NCBI GenBank assembly: GCA_904063045.1
Contig: CAJFCJ010000020.1
Span: forward strand, 364,916-428,915
Length of the DNA stretch: 64,000 bases
Origin: Dimorphilus gyrociliatus
Lineage: Eukaryota > Animalia > Annelida
Direction: 5' to 3'
A model generated the notes under the pieces. It was not told the DNA's origin. It did not search any database and was given only the letters and a program-made list of their open reading frames with translations. The position numbers were made by a program, and so were the translations under genes. Below are positions 1 to 10,122 of this stretch, piece by piece (within the stretch, counting starts at the first letter, position 1; the number at the start of each line of letters is the position of its first letter).

Positions 1-92
1 TATAAAGTTTACATTGAATTATTTTATAACACTTTATAAAATATTCAAATATTTAACTTTTCTAATCATTCTTTATTCTATATCCAATACAG

Positions 93-1121
93 CTAATTCT
101 ATAATTACTAACGGACATGCAACGAGTGAGCCAATAAATACTGGTCGACATGCCTTCCCTTTTCAAATTAAGTTACCATCGAATCTGCCAACCTCAGTCA
201 AATTGAGAAATGCGAGTATTTTTTATACTGTTCAAGCAGTCCTCCCCCTTTGTAATTCGAATAGTGTTGTATCGGAAAAACAGTCAATTACCATCATTCA
301 ACCAAACAAGTGCATCGAAACTGAAATGATACAAAAAGAGAAAACAGCTGAATATTCCACTTGCACAAGATCTGGAAGGGTACATTGTGTTCTAAGAACT
401 GTAAAGACTGAAGTAGTCCCAGGGGATAGTATTCTCTTTTCAACTGATGTTAACAATCTAAGCTTTAGGCGTATAAGGGGCGTTTACATTGTTTTTAAGC
501 AATTAGCAAAAACAGGTGAACGTCTAGAGAAAAGAGATATATACCGAATAGACGGTCCCCAAATTAGAGCTGGTAAACGAGTATGCTGGAATCATTCAAT
601 CAGAATTTCATCACTTCCTCCTTCTATGTCTTTTCATCAATTAAATATTAGTTATAGACTAGAACTAATTGTTGACGTCGTTGGATCTGAAGCAATCAAG
701 TTAAATATAAAAGTTCGAGTTGGAAACGAACCTAGAAATAGTGCCTGCTATCTAATAGATAATTACCAACGTAAGTATAGGCCTATTTATTATCTCAGTT
801 TACCCTTTTATGTTTTTTTTTAAGAGTAAAAACAACTATTTTTACATCTCATTTTCTTTTACTTTGGTGAAATTTTTGATAAATCGTATAAAGTATAAAT
901 ATAGACTAGAAAAAACATTAATAAACAATACGCATTAAGTTTTTTTTTTACTTATAGAGCCAGATAAGTTGGAAAATGATAAATTATCTGATTATCCGTT
1001 CTATCCGATTTTCTCACTTAATCGGCTACCTAAAGTAGACGTTTCTATTTACAATCAGAGTCCAAGGAGACGAAGGAGAATACCCGAATTTCGGAAGTAT
1101 TGCAACGAGTCGTTCGCTTAA
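93..1121 (+). CDS. Arrestin domain-containing (alpha-arrestin-like) protein, 3' part; exons 93-770 and 958-1121; 5' end lies outside the window
   Basis: Arrestin N-domain motif GRHAFPFQIKLPSNLPTSV...IFYTVQA. C-domain pattern VVPGDSILFSTDVNN...LPPS...ISYRLEL...IKVRVG. AG acceptor at 91-92, GTAAG donor at 771, phase-1 acceptor at 956-957 continuing to TAA at 1119-1121. Confidence 0.8.
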
Positions 1122-1366
1122 TATACAGTTCATATATTTATATAGTTGTATACACAATATACAGTATATATAGTTTTTACTATATATTTATATTGTTTAT
1201 TTTTTGTTTTGCTTAAAGATAATCAGACGTTCATAAAATAGTTACGTTAAAGTTAATAGTTTAATATCACGCTATGTTTTGAACAAATGAGAATTTATAA
1301 AGAGAGCGCTTAAGAATTTAGTTTCCTGTTTTCTTTGATGATTGGTTAGCATTTTGATAATAATAT

Positions 1367-3477
1367 CTATAGCTTTTCGTTGAAGTTATTATTTTCATGT
1401 TGAGCTTCTAATTCATCCATTGAAATGGAAATATCTTGAGGAATTTGAAAATCGGAGACTACTTGTCTTTTAGCTCTTGCACGGGGAGTAGGTGTTAAAT
1501 CTTCTTTCCCTTGTTCAATTTCTTTTGCACTATCTACTTCCTTTTTTAATTCTTTTGATTCCAAGTTTTTAGTATTCATATTGGGTTTTTTTGGTATGCT
1601 TGGTTTACGTCTTAATAACTCATTATCTGAGTTTTTGGGATTCACTTGTAGTTTGTTCTCTTGTTGCTTTTTCTCATCGTTATCATTCTCTTGTAATTTG
1701 TTACCTTCGTTTTCATTCTGTTGCAACTTAGTCCCTTCGTTTTCATCCACTTGCCATTCGTTCGCTTCGTTTTCATTCATTTGCCATTCGTTCGCATCGT
1801 TTTGATTCTGTCGAAATTCATTTGGCAGTGTCATTATGGTTTTCCGAGAAAAAGGCAAAGGTCGTAGTATCATACTTCTAGCTGTCTTGGAGAAGATACT
1901 TCTCTTGACGAATTTGACTTCAGTATTTTCCTGTTATAGATTTAAAGTAAAGGGTGCTATTTATTAAAATAAGAGCTTATTGTACTAACCATCCATTGAT
2001 TCTCAAAAATTTCATCATCACTGAAAGGTTTGACATCGACTCCTTCAATCTCTTCGAGAACTTCTTGATCATTTACTGCCAAACTAACTCGTTGTAGAGG
2101 TAGTACGTTTTCATCTCTGACTATTTCCTTTGGTGCATAAATTTCTTCCATTTCTCTATTTTTATCCTTAGCGAAAAATCTAAATATCCACTCGTCCTTG
2201 AATGTATGGATGATTATTATAACAACACCAATAATCGTGCAAAGGCAACCTATCAAATCATTTTATTAAAGTTAATTTTGATTGCTCATATACTACATAC
2301 AAACCATTTATCGCATTTAAAGTAAAACACCAGCCCCAACTAAATGTAAGCAGTTTATCATCAGCCATAGGAATTTTCAACTCATTTGGATTTCTAATAG
2401 AAGAGTATGTAATATTAGCTGCCAAAAGTACTAATCCAGTCAAAATCATGAAAAAACCACCGTAAGAGATAACCATGCCAAACAGTAGACAAGTAATAAT
2501 CCATAGAGGGAAGGCTGTCCAAATTAAGATGTGAGTATAGTAGCCGGATTGTCGATAATATCTGCCCCATCTATTAAATATGAAACATTTTATATTTTAA
2601 TAAATGTAATTAATACGCAAATGGTAAGTTTTTATTTTACCTTATTCCCTCTCCATCAAGTGTAAAATATTCTGCAACCCATAAAATAGGATAGGGCGTT
2701 CCTTTAATTTGAGCGTCTCTAAATTCCCTGTTAACTAGACCAGCCGCAGGTCCAAAACCAATTCTTCCTTGTACCCAGCCTTCGTCATTCCACGAAAATC
2801 TTTCGTTGTAATTGATTTTTTCAACAGGTGATCTCGAGTCGTTGTTAACTAATTTCTGTTCTTCTGGTTTACCTACGAATAGAATGTTCATAAGAAGCTG
2901 TGTAATAAGATCTCTAATGAAAAAACAGTAAAACTATACCCTTTAATGTTATATTAACGCTTCTTAGGCCAATTTTAACTGAAACATCTGCATGAATTTC
3001 CCCTCTGAAACCAGATTTATATGGTAGTGAGGCATTTTTTATATGCGCGACTTCCCAGTCCTGACCAATATTGCAAACTATCTTTGATAAATTGGATATA
3101 AGAAAAATAAATCAAATAGTTTTCTTTTATGTTTTATTATTGTACATCTTTCTATACGTACGCATAATACATGCCAAAATAAAAATTCCAAAGAATACTC
3201 TAATTGAAGTGGTAATTTTCTGTGAGGAAAGTATATGATTGTATAATACAACATATCTTAAACAGTTCTTTTCGAAAATAAGGATTTTATTCCTTATTCA
3301 ACAAAAGTTTCTTACCTCTTTACTAGGATATCCTGGTATGATCAAAGCGATTGAAAAGCTTATGACGCATATTGCATAAACAAATCCTATAAAAAGAATA
3401 TCTTCAGTCACAGCAGTTTTTTTTTCTCCATACAAAGTGGGAAAAGGTTTATCCCTCCAGCCATCATACCAGCCCAT
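1367..3477 (-). CDS. DUOXA: Dual oxidase maturation factor (DUOXA/NIP-like), 7 coding exons (3477-3316, 3219-3162, 3077-2940, 2872-2641, 2570-2305, 2249-1990, 1930-1367), about 559 aa
   Basis: Spliced translation gives MGWYDGWRDKPFPTLYG...IIPG, then KIGLRSVNITL (conserved NIT sequon), YNERFSW, KGTPYPILWVAEYF, WGRYYRQSGYY and SWGWCF, all DUOXA family motifs. All introns are GT-AG, 55-96 nt and phase-compatible. Confidence 0.95.
1649..1813 (-). repeat. Coding 30-bp tandem repeat (about 5.5 units of 10 aa, e.g. QMNENEANEW / QVDENEGTKL / QQNENEGNKL) in the DUOXA C-terminal tail
   Basis: Visible 30-nt periodicity (cttcgttttcatt...) and repeated 10-aa units in ORF 1367..1873. Confidence 0.85.
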
Positions 3478-4084
3478 AATAAACTTTGGATCTACAAGTG
3501 ATCAACAACTAAGGTAACATAGATATTTTATTAGTCAAATATTCTTTACCTTTTCAATAGATAAATTCTAACTCTAAGAAAGTGGCTATCAGGCACAGGT
3601 TATTTTTTCCGAATTACAATAAAAATACTACTCTTGTTAAAAAATATAGGCTTATAAGTATTAAACAGAATTTAGTATGGCGAACTGTAGGGTTCAGATC
3701 ATGTCTTTGAAAGAAGTTTAGCTTTGCATATCAAAACAAAAATATCAACTTCCTTGTTTGAAAATTGGCTATTGAACTTCGTTTTTTTGTTGAGGGAAAT
3801 TTGTCACTAAACATGGACAGCTATTGACTAATCCCGTCTTGCCTATGTTAAATACTCTTTTTACCTTTATATCACTGAAAAATGGGAAAAACCCCGTTAA
3901 ATATAGATAGAAAAACCATAAATTATGTAAATTTCTTCCCTCATTCAACTTTTTATTTTAGAAAGATTTTGATATCTAGGCTTCGACTTTTTTTCTACGA
4001 TTTTGTAAGGTGCTTTTGTGCAACATAGTATATGCCATCAATATAAACGTCTTTTCACTTGCAGAGGGTTAAGGAGGAAAAGAA
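3478..4084. promoter_or_regulatory. Shared bidirectional promoter / 5'UTR region between DUOXA and DUOX
   Basis: The two ATGs (3477 minus, 4085 plus) are 607 bp apart and divergent. There is a candidate DUOXA 5'UTR intron at 3549-3492 and a candidate DUOX 5'UTR acceptor (ttcacttgcag) shortly upstream of 4085. Confidence 0.75.
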
Positions 4085-7000
4085 ATGGATCGAAAAACTC
4101 TCTTGTTTTTATCTCTATTATACATAACACAGTCAGGTAAGTTGTTTTCTTAAGTTTCAGTAAATTAGCCTGCAGTATGTAATAAACTTTATCAATTAAC
4201 GATAGTAACGATATGTACATTCTTTAATATTTACTTACGCTATAGCCTATGGAAATTCTACGGTAATACACACAGAGAGGCATTACGAATACCCGCCTTA
4301 CGATGGGTTTTTTAACAATAGAGCTGATCCCACTTGGGGAAGTGCAGATAGCCAATTACTCCGTAGATTGCCTAATCATTACAGCGATAGTACATATCAA
4401 CCGTCAGGACAAAATAGACCAAATCCAATGGAATTAAGTCTTGCTTTAATGGCTGGAAATACTGGTCAGCCTTCCTATAAGAACAGAACTGCTTTATTAG
4501 TATTTTTTGGTCAACAAGTTGTCGAAGAGATTTTAGATGCCCAAAGACCAGGATGTCCCCCAGAATATTTCAATATAAAAATTCCAAAAAATCATCCTGT
4601 ACATGATCCAGAAAAAACTGGAATTCAATTCATGCCCTTACTACGTTCAAGATACGACATGAATACTGGAAAAAGTCCAAATAATCCTCGGCAACAGTTA
4701 AACGAAATTACACCGTACATTGATGGAGGATTAACATATGGTGTAACGAAAGCATGGGCTGATGCTTTAAGATCATTCAAAGATGGAAAATTAGCGAGTG
4801 TAATTGAAAACAATGAAGAATATCCAGCAATTAACGAAATAAGATTACCTCTGGCTAACCCACCACCTCCTAAAGATCATTTTCTGAAAAAAGTAAGCAG
4901 ATTTTGGAGTAAGTGTTTAATGTTAAAGTATACGCATTTTATTAGCATTCTATTAAATACTGTTTCAATTAAAACTTGTTAATCCTCTGAAAGAATTGGG
5001 CAATCCTAGAGGGAATGAAAATCCTTTTCTTCTTACTTTTGGAGTATTATGGTTTCGTTTTCATAATTTTATGGCAAAGCAGTTGAAAAATAAAAATCCA
5101 GAGTGGGGAGATGAAAGGCTATTCAACGAAGCTAGAAAATGGGTTATAGCTATTCATCAAGTAGGAAGTTATAAACATTCTATTCTTAATAAAAATTTTT
5201 CTTCTCATAGAACATTGTTGCCTATGATTGGTTGCCTGCATGGTTGAGTGATCCTTTGCCACCATACGACGGTTACAAACCAGCTGTTCATCCTGGTATT
5301 ACCCATGTATTTCAATCAGCCGCGATGAGATTTGGTCATACTTTGGTACCTCCTGGTGTTTTCGTACGAGAGCCTATGAGAAATGATTCAGAGTGCAAAT
5401 TTTTACCAACGCTATATCAGCATGCAGGACAAGGCAGCCACTCTGGAGCTGGATTAAGGACTTGCAATACTTACTGGAACCCTCAGGATTTTATCAGAAA
5501 TTTCACAATCGATTCGTTGATTCGTGGTATGTCGTCCCAGGTGACCGAGAGAGAGGACAACATAATAACACCAGATTTAAGGGGTAAACATTCAAAGTAG
5601 CCCAGTTTTTATCCACGATACTAACGATATAAATTATTGTTATTTATCAAACAAAGGTTTTGTGTTTGGACCTCTAGAATTTTCAAGAAGGGATTTAATG
5701 GCTATAAACATACAGAGAGGAAGAGATCATGGACTTCCTGATTACAATACAGCTCGAAAAGAGTACAATTTAAAAGAAATTACTCAATTTAGAGATATTA
5801 ATCCTGATCTATTCGATTTGAAACCCGAAGTATGTTTAAATTATACTTATTTATCTTCAAGCATACATTGGAAATTTCGAAATATTTGCAGCTTCTATCC
5901 AATCTTTCTAAATTGTATAACAATCGATTGGACAATATTGATATTTGGGTTGGTGGACTATTAGAAACGACACCTGAAGGACCTGGACCACTTTTTAAGA
6001 GAATTATTAAAGATCAATTTCAAAGAATAAGAGATGGAGATAGATTTTGGTTTGAAAATTATAAAATTAATAAGTATGTTTCGTATAATCAACAATTTCG
6101 TGTAAGAGCAGAAAATAACCTTAAGAAATACATTTTAAAGGCTTTTTACAAGAGATGAAGTCGAAGAAATAAGAAAAATTGATCTTAAACAAGTCATTTT
6201 AAGCGTAACAAAGATAAAAGATAAAGAGATCCAAGATAATCCTTTTTTTGCCTTATCAAGTATTAATTAATTTTTAAAAAAGGGGACTTATTAACATCTG
6301 ATATTTTACTTTTATATGCTTTCTACAGGTGATGATACTCTACTTTGTCCACAACCTTATCAACTACAAGAAGCTTATTTAATGCAGTGTACAAAATGGA
6401 AAACTTTTGACTATTTTTCAGGCAGTGAAAGTTCTTATCTAGTAACTTTTCTGTTTTTGGGATTAGCTGTATTTGGTATGTAAAATGAAAGTTCACATTT
6501 AGTACATTAAATGCAAACAGAAAAATCTTTATTTAACATTCATTTATCTTTGATTCTTTTAGTTGCGCTAGGAAGTTTAGTTTTTGTTACAAAACTCCGA
6601 ACTAATTTGGTAAAATTACCCAAGGAAAAATCTTTATCCATGAAATATTCAGACAAACTATCTCCTGCAGATATTTATGCTGAAGTTACATCGAAAAATT
6701 CTATTAGAGGTTTATCATTATTGCTTTTTCTTCAATTTTCAATCGTCTACTGAAAACAATTTGTATATAATTTAGCTGCAGAATGGATTGATAAACATAC
6801 AGCCACAAGACCTGTAAGGATTTCGTTCGATGAACAAAAATATACAATAAAAGTTACTAAACCATCTGGTAGAGGCATGCTTAGACAATTGGATTTCAAA
6901 CATATAATTAATAAAGACCAAGCTACTTTGTTATACTGTAATGATAGAAGAAGTTATTGCCTATGTTTAAAAATTCCAAAGGAATCTTACGATTTGGTAA

Positions 7001-10000
7001 TTAATATTTAATCAAAAATTTAACCTTTCATCCTTAATTAGTATTAATTGTTTTAGACTCTCTTTTTCGATATTAGTGAAGATTTAGAAATTGCTATAGA
7101 AATAATATTAAATGTTTTAAAAAAATGCGGAGTTAAAGTTTCTAAAGAAGAAGCTTCTAAGAAAAATATATTGGCTAATTCAAAAACAAAAGTACAAAGG
7201 CAAAAAGAACTGAATGAATTTTTTAATGCTTTAACAAATCACGTAAATATTTCAACTATCTCTGCCTTCCAATTAGATTCTATAATAATTAATCTTTTTG
7301 CTATAGGCTTTTCAAGCTGATAATGAGCACCTTGGTAATAAAGCAATTGTTGACGAAGTTTTAAAAATGGAAATTAGTAGAACTGAATTTGCTGAAGTTT
7401 TTGGAGTAAAACAATCGGCATTATTTGTTCAACAATTTTACGATATGCTAGATGAAGATAAAAATGGATTTATATCTTTTACAGAAATTTTAAATTTGTG
7501 TGTTGCTTATACAAAAGGTGGAGAAGAAGAGAAATTATCTTTTATGTTTAGAATTTACAACTCTGACGGATCTGATTTATTAAATCCCGAAAAATTTAAA
7601 GATATCTTAAGATCACAAATTGATAGTAATAATACTAAAGAAGTTAATAATAATATTGAACAGATGTTTAGATTTGCCAAATTGAATTCCTCCGAGGATA
7701 TTTCTTTGGCTAAGTTTAAAAAACTTTTTGGACATGATGTACTAAGTGGAGTTTATGGTAATTTATAATTCAATATTGAAATAATCGTACTGTTTACTTC
7801 AAAGTTCTATTTAAATATTTTCAATATTCAGATAATAATCAAGTAAATGAATTTCATCTACATAAAAGATTAACAGCAAGAAAAAATCCTCAATCAATGT
7901 ACAATTAAATATTAATATATCAATTCTATCTTTTCCTTTTATCGAAGAAAAAAATTTAATATATTTACAGGGCACCAAAGAAAAAAGTTACTCATAAATG
8001 TAGTGTTTTAACGGAAAGGAGCAGTTCAAAAGTTGGAAGATTTGCCAAAATGCCTGTTCTTCCCAAAACGTATTTCATGACGAAATACGTTCAATTTTGT
8101 CGTTTCATTGAAATATATCGCCTACATATAATATGGTTGAGCTTGTACACTTTAATTTCTATCGGGATATTTGTTGAGAGAGCATATTGTACGTATAATC
8201 CTTATTCGTTGCTTTCTAGATCCACTATTAACAATAATATGTTATTTTTTAAACAATAGATTATTCGGTCGAGAGAGAGCATGCAGGTTTAAGAAGAATT
8301 GCTGGATACGGAGTTACAATTACAAGAGGAGCAGCAAGTGGAATGATGTTCACCTACTCAAGTATTCTTATTACTATGTGCAGGTTTATATATTAAAATT
8401 GCTATTAGAATATTGAATATATACTGTATATACATTCTTTGACAGGAACATTATTACAAAAGCCAGAGAAACGTTTTTAAATCGTTATATACCTTTTGAT
8501 TTTGCAGTTGATATGCATAAGTTTATAGCATACTTTGCCTTATTATTTACAGGTTAATAAAATAGTAGCATATATCCGTAAAATCTGCATTTGATAAATA
8601 ATTATTTACTTTCAAATTACAGTTATACACTGCATAGGACATTGTATAAACTTTTATCATATATCAACACAAACAGCTAACGATTTGAGTTGTCTATTCA
8701 GGAATTACTTTCATGCGTAAGTTTTAATTATTGTCTTTAATTTGTAAAAATATTTGGCTTGATTAAAAATTTATCAATCAGAACTGATGAATTACCTAAA
8801 TTTCACTACTGGTGTTGGCAAACATTAACTGGTGTTACTGGAGTAATTCTGACTGTAATTGTGATTATTATGTATACTTTTGCTCTTCCTTATGCAAGAC
8901 GACATTTTTTCAAATCATTTTGGTATACTCATCAATTAAACATTTTCCTATTTATTTTTATGATTCTCCATGGTGCTGGGAGATTAGTACAACCACCAAT
9001 ATTTCATTATTATTTCTTGGGTCCTATAGTTGTATTTGTCATTGATAAATTAATATCAGTCGGCAGGAAAAAAGTTTTAATCCCTGTAATTTCGGCCGAA
9101 TTATTACCTTCGGAAGTAATTCATTTAAAATTCAAGAAACCGCCTGGTTTCCAATATAAAAGTGGCCAATGGGTGCGAATAGCTTGTTTACCATTAGGTA
9201 GGGGAGAATATCATCCATTCACATTAACATCTGCTCCCCATGAAGAATATCTAACTTTGCACATTAGAGCTGTCGGTCAATGGACAGCTAACTTGCGAAA
9301 GAGTTACGAAACCATACAGCCGTTGCCTTATCTATATTTGGATGGACCTTTTGGAGAAGGGCACCAAGATTGGTGTCGATACGAAGTATGTAATAATAAA
9401 ATCAAGCATATAGATCAGTTACAATTTTATATTTTATTCAGGTTTCCATACTTATTGGAGGAGGAATAGGTGTAACACCTTTTGTGTCAATATTGAAAGA
9501 TATAGCTTTCAAGATGAAAATAAGGGCTCATATTCGCTGCAAAAAAGTTTACTTTTTCTGGGTAACAAGGACTCAAAAACAATTCGAGTGGGTTGTTGAT
9601 ATATTAAAAGAAATAGAATCTGCGGACACTTTTAATTTAATTGATCTACATGTATTTATAACTCAATACAAAGAGAAATACGACATAAGGACCAATATGC
9701 TGGTTTGTTTTCTTTCTTTTATAGAATCATGAATAATAATTTCATAGATTATTAATGAATTGAAATCTTTCTTTTAATAGTATTTATGTGAGAAGCATTT
9801 TGAGAAAACCCATGGCAAGAGCTTATTCTCAGGGATGTCAGCAATAACTCATTTTGGAAGACCAGATTTTCTATCGATGTTTCACACACTAAATGAGGAA
9901 TATACAAATCTATTAGTAAGTATTTTCTTTCATCTTAGATTAAACAATTTTGACACAAACTGCATAGACTCAAGCATCTAATAATCCTATATTTTTACTT

Positions 10001-10122
10001 TAAAGGAAAGAAAAATTGGCGTGTTTAGTTGCGGTCCACCACCTATGACATCCAGTGTCGAAAAAGCTTGTAGAAATATAAACACTGGAAATCGTTTTAT
10101 TCACCACTACGAAAATTTTTAG
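4085..10122 (+). CDS. DUOX: Dual oxidase (peroxidase-like domain, TM, PH-like domain, EF-hands, gp91phox-like NADPH oxidase domain); 21 coding exons, 1535 aa by my splice model
   Basis: Signal peptide [20 protein letters not shown], then YDGFFNN...[28 protein letters not shown] and [11 protein letters not shown]-hand [15 protein letters not shown]-binding [14 protein letters not shown] motifs GGGIGVTPF and VFSCGPP, C-terminal HHYENF*. The 20 GT-AG introns (50-109 nt) all join in phase; exon lengths sum to 4608 nt. Confidence 0.97.

Noticed and set aside
14-92. N-terminal hydrophobic part of ORF 14..823 as a signal peptide
   Set aside because: It is AT-rich intron read-through upstream of the AG acceptor at 91-92; arrestin-domain proteins are cytosolic.
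1581-1805. Cys/Phe/Ser-rich plus-strand ORF
   Set aside because: Antisense shadow of the DUOXA repeat exon.
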